DNA of 64,000 nt from Deltaproteobacteria bacterium UBA6601. Its GTDB lineage: Bacteria > Myxococcota_A > UBA796 > UBA9615. A program made the position numbers and the translations under genes. This document shows positions 49,372 to 58,871 of this stretch, piece after piece. Numbering within the stretch: position 1 is the stretch's first letter; each line of letters opens with the position of its first letter. The DNA lies in assembly GCA_002433485.1 (NCBI GenBank), contig DJIF01000015.1, forward strand, positions 25,232-89,231. The letters run 5' to 3'. The notes below the pieces were generated by a model. That model was not told where the DNA came from and made no database searches. It saw only the letters and a program-made list of their open reading frames with translations.

Positions 49372-50165
49372 TGAGAAGGATCCCCGCTGCGCTCGGCCTG
49401 TTCTTGGCACTGCTGATCGCCCCCAAACCCAGCCAGGCAACCAGCGGCGACGTCCAGGCTCAACTACGAGCGCTAGAAAAGGCCCGCAGCGGTGCAGAGA
49501 TGAAAATTCGGCTGGAACTCAGCTGGGATGGTCGGCCCGAACAGCATCTGATCGAAACGCCACGAATTGACATCCCAAAGGGAGCCGCGCTGCGCACCGG
49601 GGTCAGCCGGTCCCGCTTTGATGGCAACCAGACCCGTTGGGCGCAAGACTCCATTGTTACCCTGCCCACTGGCCGCGGCCCCTGGCAAATCGGGCCGGCC
49701 TCGGTGGTCCTCCGAACTCGCGATGGCAACCAGCAAGAACGGCAAGCAGCGGCAATTAAGGTCGGTGAAAGAGGCCACAACCGCAAGCTCATGGCACAAG
49801 CCCTTGGTAACGGCATGGTGCTCGCGGTCGCCTTCATCTTTGCTCGCTGGAGGTACCGCAGGATCAAGGCAAATGAGCCCCAGCTGGACGATGGGCTCAA
49901 AGACCTGCTGGAACGGGCAGAACAGGCTGCGCAGGGTCATGCTGAGGCAGCCAGCGCTGAGTTCCTCAGCGCTTTGCTTGAGCTTCGGCTGGCCCTCGAC
50001 CGCAAAGGTGTGGACAATGGCAGGCTTTGGAGCGCGGCGCAGATCCGGGAACGGCTGGAAAGAATTCGCTTCGGCGGGGAACAAGTCCCCGCTAAAGAGT
50101 GTCTGGAGATACTGCAGACCATTCGGATGGCAGCATCAACCTCGGACCCAGGCGGTCCCCAATAG
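49371..50165 (+). CDS. hypothetical secreted/membrane protein, first gene of the MoxR-vWA (Bat-like) operon
   Basis: Signal peptide (AALGLFLALLIAPKPSQA), central TM (MVLAVAFIFARW), and a helical C-terminal part. Start overlaps the dnaJ stop (GTGATGA). Confidence 0.45.
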   Translation: MRRIPAALGLFLALLIAPKPSQATSGDVQAQLRALEKARSGAEMKIRLELSWDGRPEQHLIETPRIDIPKGAALRTGVSRSRFDGNQTRWAQDSIVTLPTGRGPWQIGPASVVLRTRDGNQQERQAAAIKVGERGHNRKLMAQALGNGMVLAVAFIFARWRYRRIKANEPQLDDGLKDLLERAEQAAQGHAEAASAEFLSALLELRLALDRKGVDNGRLWSAAQIRERLERIRFGGEQVPAKECLEILQTIRMAASTSDPGGPQ

Positions 50166-50179
50166 GAGCGAGATGAGAG

Positions 50180-51175
50180 ATGAGTGAAGCAGCAAGCAAC
50201 CTAGAGCAGGTGCGCAGCGACCTCGAGCGGGTAAGCGAACACTTTGTAGCCCTGCGCGAGGAAATCGCGCGGGTGGTGGTCGGTCAGAACTACATGATCG
50301 AACGGATCCTGGTCGCACTCCTGGCCGACGGGCACATCCTCCTTGAAGGAGTGCCAGGACTCGCCAAGACCACTGCGGTCAAGGCGGTCGCCGACTCGAT
50401 CTCAACGGGCTTCCAGCGGATCTCCTTCACCCCCGACCTACTGCCGGCTGACGTACTTGGGACTCAGATCTACGACCCTAAGAGTGGTGATTTCTCCATC
50501 AAACAGGGACCCGTATTCACCAATATTCTGCTCGCAGATGAGATCAACCGGGCCCCGGCCAAAGTCCAGAGCGCACTGCTCGAGGCGATGCAGGAGAGGC
50601 AGGTCACCATCGGCGAGCGCGCCTTCCCGCTGCCGCGCCCTTTCCTGGTGCTGGCAACGCAAAATCCCATCGAACAGGAAGGCACCTATCCCCTGCCTGA
50701 AGCCCAGGTAGATCGCTTCATGCTGAAAATCCGGGTCGAATACCCCAGCCGTGAAGAGGAGAAGCAAATCCTACGGCGCTCCATCGCTGGCTTCCCTGAA
50801 CTCAAGCCTGCCATCAGCCCCGATCAGCTCCTAGCCGCCCGTCAGGTCATCGCCCAAATCCGCTTTGACGACAAGCTCATCGACTACATCCTGGACCTGG
50901 TGGCCACCACCAGAGACCCAGCTGCAATGGGTCTGGAGTCCCTCGCCAATCTGGTAGAGTTCGGCGCTTCACCCCGCGCCACCATCGCACTGCAAAAATG
51001 CGCCCGAGCCCACGCCTTCCTTGCCGGGCGCGCCTACGTCAACTCCGGCGACATCAAGACCATGGCTGCCGACGTGCTTCGCCACCGTGTTGTGCTCAGC
51101 TACGAGGCTGAAGCCGAAGAGGTCGACGCAGACGAGGTTATCGCGCGCATTCTGGCCACCGTGCCGGTTCCCTGA
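50180..51175 (+). CDS. moxR: MoxR-family AAA+ ATPase
   Basis: VVGQNYMIERILVALLADGHILLEGVPGLAKTT (Walker A), ..LLADEINRA.. (Walker B), and the typical C-terminal domain. Confidence 0.85.
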   Translation: MSEAASNLEQVRSDLERVSEHFVALREEIARVVVGQNYMIERILVALLADGHILLEGVPGLAKTTAVKAVADSISTGFQRISFTPDLLPADVLGTQIYDPKSGDFSIKQGPVFTNILLADEINRAPAKVQSALLEAMQERQVTIGERAFPLPRPFLVLATQNPIEQEGTYPLPEAQVDRFMLKIRVEYPSREEEKQILRRSIAGFPELKPAISPDQLLAARQVIAQIRFDDKLIDYILDLVATTRDPAAMGLESLANLVEFGASPRATIALQKCARAHAFLAGRAYVNSGDIKTMAADVLRHRVVLSYEAEAEEVDADEVIARILATVPVP

Positions 51176-51217
51176 GCGCTTCAGGAGCACGCCCAGAGTC
51201 CCCCATAGGTTGAAGTG

Positions 51218-52282
51218 ATGCCAACTGCTCTTCTGGCCCCATTGTTCATCGCCCTGCTCGGCGCCGCACTGGCGGTGATGGTCGGCTGGCGTCTGGCCAG
51301 CTGGCGCCAACGAAAAATGGACCAGGCGGCCGCCCGTAGCGAAGCCCACCACACCAGTGGACGCTGGCTGCCTGAAGGCTCCATGGGCGGAGCCAAAGGT
51401 GGGCTGTCGGCTGAGCTGCTGGCTCAAGTACGCAAGATTCACATCAGCACAGCCCACCAGGTCAACGACCTCATGGCCGGCGAGTACACCTCGGTGTTTA
51501 AGGGCAGAGGGATGGAATTCGAAGAAGTTCGTGAGTACGTCCCCGGCGATGACATCCGCACCATCGACTGGAACGTCACCGCTCGCATGCAGAGTCCCTA
51601 CGTCAAGGAATTCCGCGAAGAGCGAGAGCTGGTCGTGATGATCCTGGTGGACATCTCTCGCTCAGGAGACTTCGGCACCAGCGGGCGGCTCAAGAACGAA
51701 GTCGCCGCCGAGCTGGCCGCGACCCTGGCCTTCGCCGCCACGCGCAACAACGACAAGGTTGGGCTGCTGCTATTCACCGATCGAGTCGAGCGATTCATTC
51801 CTCCCAAGAAAGGGCGCGGGCATGTGTGGAGGGTGATCCGCGAGATCATGGCCTGCGAGCGGCAAGGTAAAGGCACCGACCTGGGCGAAGCGCTGTCCTT
51901 CCTTAACCGGGTACTACGCCGCAAGGCAGTGGTATTCCTACTGTCGGACTTCCTGGTCGAAGAAGACTTTGAAACGCCCCTTCGCATCGTCAACCGACGT
52001 CACGACTTGGTGGTCTTTCGCATCACCGACCCAAGAGAACACAGCATCCCCAGCGTTGGTTTCGTGGCGGTCGAAGATGCCGAAGACGGCCGGAGGGCCT
52101 GGCTGGATACCAACTCGAAGCGGGTGCGTGAGAGCTTCGCCAGAGAGGCCAACCGCCGCTCCAGAGAACTGCAGACCCGACTCAAGCGGCTCAAGGTCGA
52201 TCTGGTAGAGCTCTCCACCACTGAAGGAGTAGCTCCTCCCCTCAGCCGCTACTTTCGATCCCGAGAGCGGAGGATTCGATGA
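51218..52282 (+). CDS. DUF58-domain protein (MoxR-associated, vWA-like)
   Basis: N-terminal TM. ..GEYTSVFKGRGMEFEEVREYVPGDDIRTIDWNVTAR.. is the DUF58 core. ILVDISRSG is MIDAS-like. Confidence 0.75.
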   Translation: MPTALLAPLFIALLGAALAVMVGWRLASWRQRKMDQAAARSEAHHTSGRWLPEGSMGGAKGGLSAELLAQVRKIHISTAHQVNDLMAGEYTSVFKGRGMEFEEVREYVPGDDIRTIDWNVTARMQSPYVKEFREERELVVMILVDISRSGDFGTSGRLKNEVAAELAATLAFAATRNNDKVGLLLFTDRVERFIPPKKGRGHVWRVIREIMACERQGKGTDLGEALSFLNRVLRRKAVVFLLSDFLVEEDFETPLRIVNRRHDLVVFRITDPREHSIPSVGFVAVEDAEDGRRAWLDTNSKRVRESFAREANRRSRELQTRLKRLKVDLVELSTTEGVAPPLSRYFRSRERRIR

Positions 52283-53259
52283 CAATCCACCGTCGTTCTC
52301 TGCTTTCAGCTGCGGCGATTTCCTGGCTCTTCGTTGGGTTCTCTGGATGCCAACAGGAGCGCCCCAGACAGGAGTATGAACCGGTTGTCGTGACGTCTCA
52401 GGTAGAACGCGCCGAAGTCATCCCCGGGCGGCCCTTTGAATTCCAGCTAGAGGTCAACAAGGAAAAAGGCATCGAGTTTGAGGTGCCGGATGTGGGTGCA
52501 GGCATTGAAGGTCTGGTCATCATGGGACTGCGTGAAGAGGGTCCCGAAGTGATCGACGACCGAGTCCTTACCCGCAACATCTATAAGCTCAAGGCGCCGT
52601 TGAGTGGCACCTACCTGATCCCAGGAGTGGAGGGCCTGTGGCGCGACCAAAAGGGCGACAAGGGCAGCGCTGGAAGCGGCCCGATTCTGATCGAAGCAAA
52701 ACACGCCGCAGGTGAAGAGGGCTCTGGCGAGCAACAACTTCGGGACCTGAAAGTTCCTCTGCGACCGGAGCGAGACCTGCGTCCAGCAGCAGGGACGTTG
52801 CTGGTGCTATTGGTACTCGCTGTACTGCTGTGGCTGGTGAAGCGAAGGCGACAGGCTGCTCATGTAGAAGCCCCCCAACCAGCGCACGAAATCGCCCTCC
52901 AGGATCTCCAACAGCTGCTCGGTTCTCCCCTCCTTACAAATGCCGAGCAGGGCCCTTTCGCCTACGCGGTCTCGGCAATCCTACGTCGCTACCTTGAGGC
53001 CAGCTTTGACTTCCCCGCGTGGCGGATGACCACCTCCGAAGTGCTGCGCTCGATGCCCAAGAACCTGCTTGAGCAGCATCGACTTGAGGCGGCAATTCGC
53101 GACGTTCTCGAAGCCAGCGACCGCGTCAAATTCGCCGGTGATCGGGTCCCTGAGCTCAACCTGCGAAACTGGGTGGAGCAGAGCATCTTAGTCGTCAACA
53201 GCACCGCCCCATTCGACCGCGCAGAACCGGCCCAAGACAGCGGAGAGCTCGCATCATGA
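52279..53259 (+). CDS. hypothetical lipoprotein/membrane protein (BatD-N/DUF4381-like position in Bat operon)
   Basis: Lipobox FVGFSGC, mid-protein TM (LLVLLVLAVLLWLV), helical C-terminal region. GGAGGA RBS. ATGA overlap with the DUF58 gene. Confidence 0.45.
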   Translation: MTIHRRSLLSAAAISWLFVGFSGCQQERPRQEYEPVVVTSQVERAEVIPGRPFEFQLEVNKEKGIEFEVPDVGAGIEGLVIMGLREEGPEVIDDRVLTRNIYKLKAPLSGTYLIPGVEGLWRDQKGDKGSAGSGPILIEAKHAAGEEGSGEQQLRDLKVPLRPERDLRPAAGTLLVLLVLAVLLWLVKRRRQAAHVEAPQPAHEIALQDLQQLLGSPLLTNAEQGPFAYAVSAILRRYLEASFDFPAWRMTTSEVLRSMPKNLLEQHRLEAAIRDVLEASDRVKFAGDRVPELNLRNWVEQSILVVNSTAPFDRAEPAQDSGELAS

Positions 53260-54272
53260 GCGACTGGACCGCCTGGCGCTTCGCATCGCCGCTGTTCTTT
53301 GCGCTGGCAGTGGCGCTGGCGCCCGTGGTTTATGCCGGACTGCTCGGCTCCGGACAGAGCCGGGTGCGCATATCGGCCATCTCCCTGGTGCGCAGCGTCT
53401 CCGGAGGGCGCCATCGCTTGTTCCGTCTGGTGCCCCTAGCGCTGAGAGTTGCGGCTCTGTTCTTCCTTATCGTTTCGCTGGCCCGCCCGCAGGGTGGCAA
53501 CGTCAGCCGAGAGGTTACTTCTGAAGGTACGGACATCATGCTGGTCGCCGACACTTCAGGTTCTATGGAGGCCATGGACTTCAGCCTCGGTGGCGAGCGC
53601 GCAACCCGCCTGGACGTCTCTAAGAAAGTCATCCGAGACTTCATCTCAGGGCGCGCCAACGACCGCATTGGCCTGCTTGTCTTTGGCGAAGAAGCATTCG
53701 TTCAGTGCCCCAACACCATCGACTATGGAGTACTCACCAACAGCCTCAACGCGGTCAAGCTGAAGATGGCCGGCGACGGTACTGCAATCGGTAGCGCTAT
53801 CGGCGTAGGAGTCCAACGCCTCAAGGAGCTACCAGGGCACTCCCGAATCATGATCCTGCTGACCGACGGCGAGAACACCACCGGCATCCTTGACCCGCTA
53901 CAAGCCGCCCGGGCAGCTGCCACCTACGGAATCAAGATCTACACCATTGGGGTCGGTACCCAGGGCGAGGCGCCGTTCCTGGTCCCAGGTCTATTGGGCA
54001 TGGGTAAGCGCTTCCACTATCAAAAAGTCAATCTCGACGAAGACAGCCTCAAGGCCATCGCGGAGGCCACTGGGGCGCGCTACTTCCGCGCCACATCAAC
54101 GGAGAAGCTCGAAGAGATCTACCGCCTCATCGACGAGCTGGAGAAGACCGAGGTAAAGGTTCGAGAATTCACCGACTACCATGAGCTCTACACCGTCGCC
54201 TTGTGGCCCGCGCTGTTGCTCCTACTCCTCGAACAGCTCCTCAAAGCTACCTGGCTGAGGAGTCTGCCGTGA
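53256..54272 (+). CDS. batA: vWA-domain membrane protein BatA-like
   Basis: N-terminus MSDWTAWRFASPLFFALAVALAPVV (BatA-type TM pair). MLVADTSGSMEAMDF (DxSxS MIDAS). ..ILLTDGENT.. Confidence 0.75.
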   Translation: MSDWTAWRFASPLFFALAVALAPVVYAGLLGSGQSRVRISAISLVRSVSGGRHRLFRLVPLALRVAALFFLIVSLARPQGGNVSREVTSEGTDIMLVADTSGSMEAMDFSLGGERATRLDVSKKVIRDFISGRANDRIGLLVFGEEAFVQCPNTIDYGVLTNSLNAVKLKMAGDGTAIGSAIGVGVQRLKELPGHSRIMILLTDGENTTGILDPLQAARAAATYGIKIYTIGVGTQGEAPFLVPGLLGMGKRFHYQKVNLDEDSLKAIAEATGARYFRATSTEKLEEIYRLIDELEKTEVKVREFTDYHELYTVALWPALLLLLLEQLLKATWLRSLP

Positions 54273-56275
54273 GTCAGGGAACAGGAATTCATTTCTCGGC
54301 ACCGGGAATGCTGTGGTTGCTGTGGTTGCTGCCCCTGCTGGTGACCCTGTTCTGGATTGCCGCCCGCAAGCGACGTCAGGCCATGGCTCGGTTCGCCGAC
54401 GAGGAACTCATGGAGCTGCTGGTTCTTAGGGGTTCGGGACTAAGGACTGCGCTCAGACCTGGCCTCGTGGTGCTGGCCCTCATCGGCATCGTCGTCGCTG
54501 CAGCAGGCCCACGCTGGGGCTTTCAGTGGGAGGAGGTACACCGGCGGGGGGTCGATGTGGTGATTGCTCTGGACCTGAGTAGATCCATGCTCGCTGAGGA
54601 CGCCAAGCCCAACCGACTTACCGTCGCCAAGCGTGAAATTCGCGACCTGCTTGAACTCCTACAGGGGGACCGCATCGCCCTGGTCGCCTTCGCCGGAACC
54701 GCCTTCGTCCAATGCCCACTTACCTTGGACTACGGCGCCTTCGAAGTATTCCTTGACCCCATGGACCCTGGCTGGGTGCCAGTAGGCGGTACCGATCTCG
54801 CCGCAGCAGTCCGAACTTCCATCGACGCTTTCCCCAAGAACGAACGCAGCGGCAGAGCTGTGCTGCTCATCACCGATGGCGAAGACCACAGCGGTGAACT
54901 GCAAGCAGCCGCAGAAGAGGCCCGCGAGCAGGGAGTGCACCTGTTTGTGGTGGGCATTGGCGACCCAGGCGGAGCGCCGGTCCCCGACGGTCGAGGTGGC
55001 TTCGTCAAGGAAAATGGCCGGGTGGTACTGACCCGACTCGATGAGAGTTCCCTCAAAGAGCTGGCTCTGACCACCAAGGGAAGCTACGTGCGAAGTTCTG
55101 CTGGCGACCTCGACCTCCGCAAGATCTACCTTGAGGACATTCGCGGCTCGCTCCAAGCTCGTGAACTCAGCAGTTCTCGACAGCGCCGCTGGGAAGAACG
55201 CTTCCAACTGGCGCTGCTGCCGGCCTTCCTGCTGCTGCTCCTTGAGAGCCTGATCGGGCCGCCCCGGCGACGAGAGCGCAAGAACCAGCGAGGCAAGACA
55301 GGCCCAACCCTGCTCGCAATTACGCTGATTCCCGGCCAACTTCTGCTGGCCCAGCCTGCAGAAGCCTCCTGGCTGAAGGGTCCAGGAGACCCCCTTCAGG
55401 CCGGCTATGAAGCGTTTCAAGACGGGGACTACCAGAGCGCACTGGACCGCTGGGTCGAGGCTCAGATCGACAGCCCCGGTGACTACCGAATCGACTACAA
55501 CATTGGTCAGGCCCACTACCGACTCGGCAACTACCCTGAGGCCGAAAAGGCGTTCCAAGCGGCGGCCAGCAGCGACACCACGAGTCTGAGCGCTGATGCC
55601 TCCTACAACGCCGGCAACGCAGCCTTCCAGCAAGGCCGCTACAAGGAGGCCATTGGCCACTACGAGCGCTGCCTCGAGCTACGCGAGAGCGACGAGGACG
55701 CAGTTTCAAACCGGGACCTTGCCCAACGCCGCTACGAAGAATTGCTGGAACAGGCCCGCAACGAGCAGGAGCAGCGCGACCAGCAGGAGCAACAGGACCA
55801 GCAACAAGACCAGGACGACGGGAACGCCGAGCAGCAGGAGCCAGGCCAGGAAGCCGAACCTGGCGAAGAGGGTCAACAGCAGAACCAGCAGGAGCAACAG
55901 CAAGGCCAGGCCGGGCAGGAGCAGCAGGAGCAGCGCGACCAGCAGGAGCAAGACGAGTCCGACGGCGAAGCCAAGCAGGAACAGGCGCCTGAGCCGGAAC
56001 AGCAAGGGGACCCAGCGGGTCAGGCGGCGGCAGCGGATATCGAGCGTAGTGACCAGGAGGAGCCGTCCGAGGCAGCACAGGGTGCCATCTCAGAGCAGAC
56101 CGACGAGGCCGAGCAGCAAGAAAGCGCTGAGCGTGCGATCATCGAAGGGGCGCTCAGTCGAGAGCAAGCAGAGGCTCTGCTCGATGCCCTGGAAGCCGAC
56201 CAACAGAGCCGTCGCAAGGAGCGAACCCGGCGTGAAGGTCAGCGTGGGCGCAAAGCAGCGCGGAAGGACTGGTAG
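54269..56275 (+). CDS. batB: vWA + TPR membrane protein BatB-like with long Gln/Glu-rich low-complexity insert
   Basis: GTG start overlapping the batA stop. N-terminus ..IHFSAPGMLWLLWLLPLL as in BatB. VIALDLSRSM MIDAS. TPR-like ..YNIGQAHYRLGNYPEAEKAFQAA..YNAGNAAFQQGRYKEAIGHYERCLEL.. Q/E-rich tail. Confidence 0.75.
   Translation: MSQGTGIHFSAPGMLWLLWLLPLLVTLFWIAARKRRQAMARFADEELMELLVLRGSGLRTALRPGLVVLALIGIVVAAAGPRWGFQWEEVHRRGVDVVIALDLSRSMLAEDAKPNRLTVAKREIRDLLELLQGDRIALVAFAGTAFVQCPLTLDYGAFEVFLDPMDPGWVPVGGTDLAAAVRTSIDAFPKNERSGRAVLLITDGEDHSGELQAAAEEAREQGVHLFVVGIGDPGGAPVPDGRGGFVKENGRVVLTRLDESSLKELALTTKGSYVRSSAGDLDLRKIYLEDIRGSLQARELSSSRQRRWEERFQLALLPAFLLLLLESLIGPPRRRERKNQRGKTGPTLLAITLIPGQLLLAQPAEASWLKGPGDPLQAGYEAFQDGDYQSALDRWVEAQIDSPGDYRIDYNIGQAHYRLGNYPEAEKAFQAAASSDTTSLSADASYNAGNAAFQQGRYKEAIGHYERCLELRESDEDAVSNRDLAQRRYEELLEQARNEQEQRDQQEQQDQQQDQDDGNAEQQEPGQEAEPGEEGQQQNQQEQQQGQAGQEQQEQRDQQEQDESDGEAKQEQAPEPEQQGDPAGQAAAADIERSDQEEPSEAAQGAISEQTDEAEQQESAERAIIEGALSREQAEALLDALEADQQSRRKERTRREGQRGRKAARKDW
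55735..56060 (+). repeat. CAG/GAG-rich low-complexity coding region (poly-Q/E) inside batB
   Basis: ..QEQRDQQEQQDQQQDQDDGNAEQQEPGQEAEPGEEGQQQNQQEQQQGQAGQEQQEQRDQQEQDESDG.. On the opposite strand this generates spurious poly-L/R ORFs. Confidence 0.7.
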
Positions 56276-56279
56276 CTAA

Positions 56280-58028
56280 GTGAGACCGCTACTGCATTCG
56301 CTTGGCGCACTTGGACTGAGCCTTGCCTCGCTGCTCTGTTGCAGCGCTACAGCCCTGGCCGGCACCCTACTGCTGAGCGCAGATGCCACCACCCTGCCCC
56401 AGGGCACCAGCACTCAGATCCACATCGAAGTCGCAGGCAGTCAGCTCGATGCAGCACCACGCCTGGTCAACAGCGAGGGCTTTCAGGTCGAGATGGCCGG
56501 TCGAAGTTCCAGCTTCACCATGAGCCAGGGACGGGTACAGCAACAAACCACCTATAGCTTCACGGTGCTGGCCAACCAGGCAGGCACCTTTACGCTCGGA
56601 CCAGCTGAGGCCATTGTCGATGGTCAGCGCGTCCTCAGCGATACCATCACCATGACGGTGGAGCCTCCCAGGACCCGAGCGACCGGTTCGGCAACTAGCA
56701 CCCGCCGCGAGCAAGCAGAGGAGCGCTGGTTTGCTGATGCTCGACTCAGCGAAGACCACCCCTTTGAAGGGCAGAGCCTCAGCTATCTGTTGGACATCGG
56801 AACCGCGGTGTCAGTGCGCGGCACACAGTGGAATCGGCCCGCCTGGGGTCACCTGAGCCCAGCCCCAGGAGTCGAGCCGACCCAGTCCAGTCGCCTTGAG
56901 GTCATTGAGGGTCGGCGTTTCGAGGTGACAACCCTGGTGATGCCGCTCTTCGCCCTGGAGGCGGGTCCTACCCGGATCGAGCCTTCCGTCGTTGAATTCA
57001 CCGTACCTCAACGAGCCCGCTCATTCTTCGACCTGGGCGTCGGCAAGCAATACCAAGAGGCCTCTGATGCACTGGAATTTGAAGTTCGCGCCCTACCCGT
57101 TGAAGGACGGCCCAACAACTTCAACGGTGCGGTTGGCAACTTCTCATTACGGGCCAGTCTGGACCGCAACCGAGTCGCTGCCGGGGAGACCGTGACTCTC
57201 ACACTCCAGCTTGCAGGAAGCGGTGGACTAAGAAGCCCCCGGATCCAGGTCCAACTGCCCGATAAGGTGCGCCGCTACAGCGAACAGCCCGAACAGGTGG
57301 CCAAGCTTGTCGGCCGAAGCCTGCGCACTGAGGTGACCCTGCGGGAAGCCCTGGTTCCCCTTGAGCCCGGCACGATCACCATCCCGCCGGTCAGCTTCAG
57401 CTTCTTCGATCCAGAGCAGGAGCAGTACCGCACCGTGCGCAGTCAGGCCATCACCCTGCATGTCAGCGGAGAAGCTGTTGCTGAGCAGGCAGTGATAGCC
57501 CGCTCGGCAGACATAGCCCGCAACAAAGAAGCGGTGGAGGTGCTCGGCAGCGACATCATTGGACTCCATGCAGAGAAGCTGTGCCAGGGCGACGGTCGCC
57601 TGAATCTCGGCTCCTTTGGTATCCTTGCAGCACTGTTGTTGCCCCTGGTCAGCTTTTTATCAATCAGTACCGCACAACGCAGGAAGCGCATTAGCGGGAC
57701 CTCTCTTGGTCAGGCAAAGGAGCGGGGTCGACGCGCCAGAGATGCCGCCAAGGAGCTGAAGAGCGCCGGTGCAAAGGCTCCCCTTGAAGCTGCTGAAGCA
57801 ACCTGGCGACGCTGGCTTGGGGCACGGCTTGACCGCTCGGGCGAGGCCCTGTCCGCTGGCGACGCAAGCGCGGCGCTGCGGCAAGCAGGCTGCAATGCCG
57901 AGCTCGCCCAACGAGCAGAACGACTCCTTGAGCGCATCGAGTCTGTGCGCTTCGGCGGCGCTACAGCTGGAACACTAGTCGAAGAGATCCTGGACTGGAC
58001 CCTGGAAGCAGAGAGGAGCTGGAAGTGA
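56280..58028 (+). CDS. batD: BatD-like (oxygen-tolerance family) protein with C-terminal TM anchor
   Basis: Signal peptide, repeated beta-rich modules, and a TM near the C-terminus (LGSFGILAALLLPLVSFLSIS) followed by a cytoplasmic tail. The architecture matches BatD. Confidence 0.65.
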   Translation: MRPLLHSLGALGLSLASLLCCSATALAGTLLLSADATTLPQGTSTQIHIEVAGSQLDAAPRLVNSEGFQVEMAGRSSSFTMSQGRVQQQTTYSFTVLANQAGTFTLGPAEAIVDGQRVLSDTITMTVEPPRTRATGSATSTRREQAEERWFADARLSEDHPFEGQSLSYLLDIGTAVSVRGTQWNRPAWGHLSPAPGVEPTQSSRLEVIEGRRFEVTTLVMPLFALEAGPTRIEPSVVEFTVPQRARSFFDLGVGKQYQEASDALEFEVRALPVEGRPNNFNGAVGNFSLRASLDRNRVAAGETVTLTLQLAGSGGLRSPRIQVQLPDKVRRYSEQPEQVAKLVGRSLRTEVTLREALVPLEPGTITIPPVSFSFFDPEQEQYRTVRSQAITLHVSGEAVAEQAVIARSADIARNKEAVEVLGSDIIGLHAEKLCQGDGRLNLGSFGILAALLLPLVSFLSISTAQRRKRISGTSLGQAKERGRRARDAAKELKSAGAKAPLEAAEATWRRWLGARLDRSGEALSAGDASAALRQAGCNAELAQRAERLLERIESVRFGGATAGTLVEEILDWTLEAERSWK

Positions 58029-58846
58029 TCCGGACGGCGCCTAGCCTGCTTATTGTCGTCACACTGCTGCTCGCAGTCTGTCCGGAAGCCTCGGCTCAGC
58101 AAGAGACGGGCGGCGACCGCTTCGATTGCTCGGCCCTATACGACGGCGGCGATTACCCAGGTGCTGCTGCCTGCTTCTCCAATCAAGAGGCCAGAGGCAA
58201 TCACAATGGCCACCTCCTCTACAACCTCGGCAACGCCCTACAGCAAGCTGGTGATCTCGGCCCTGCAATCCTGGCCTATCGACGTGGGCAGCTGTTTCTG
58301 CCGCGAGACGGCGATCTCAAAGCCAACCTCAAGAGTGCCAGAGAGAAAGCTCGGGACGATCTGGCTCCGCCTGGCAAGCGACATCCGCTCGCCGCTACCC
58401 TCCTCGCCCCCTACGACAGCCTCTCCGCAGCAGAGTTGCTGCTGACTGGCACGTTCTGCTGGGGCCTCTTGTTCGGGCTCTTAAGCTGGCGAGCCTGGCG
58501 CAACGAAGCCCTGCTGACGCTTCCCGTAGCGGCACTCACCGCCCTGGCACTACTGACGCTAGGCGGGCATCTAGCTCGCAGCTATCAGGTGAAGGTCCTG
58601 CCCGAGGCCGTGGTTCTGGCCGAGCAGGTGACACTCCGGTCCGGCCGTGATCTGCGATCGGTTGAGCTTGCTCGGCTCCATGAAGGGGCAGAGCTCTCAG
58701 TCCTCAGTCAGCAAGCAGAGTGGACCCAGGTTCGCCTCTCTACCGGTCAGAGAGGATGGCTGCCACGCACTTCTCTGGGCCTGATCCGCTTTACCCCAGA
58801 ACAGAACCACGATGCAGCCGCAGCCACAACGCCGGGGTTGCTATAG
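58025..58846 (+). CDS. TPR - TM - SH3 domain protein (BatC/BatE-like)
   Basis: Signal peptide. TPR-like (..YNLGNALQQAGDLGPAILAYRRGQ..). Two TM helices. C-terminal SH3b-like (..EGAELSVLSQQAEWTQVRLSTGQRGWLPRTSL). GTGA overlap with batD. Confidence 0.55.
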   Translation: MIRTAPSLLIVVTLLLAVCPEASAQQETGGDRFDCSALYDGGDYPGAAACFSNQEARGNHNGHLLYNLGNALQQAGDLGPAILAYRRGQLFLPRDGDLKANLKSAREKARDDLAPPGKRHPLAATLLAPYDSLSAAELLLTGTFCWGLLFGLLSWRAWRNEALLTLPVAALTALALLTLGGHLARSYQVKVLPEAVVLAEQVTLRSGRDLRSVELARLHEGAELSVLSQQAEWTQVRLSTGQRGWLPRTSLGLIRFTPEQNHDAAAATTPGLL

Positions 58847-58871
58847 TCGGCGCCCCCTGGAGGACCCAGCC

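Noticed and set aside
55320-56078. Minus-strand ORFs (252 aa, 99 aa poly-Leu) opposite the batB Q/E-rich region
   Set aside because: They are reverse-complement reading of the CAG/GAG repeats (CTG/CTC giving Leu), which is an artefact of the low-complexity tract.
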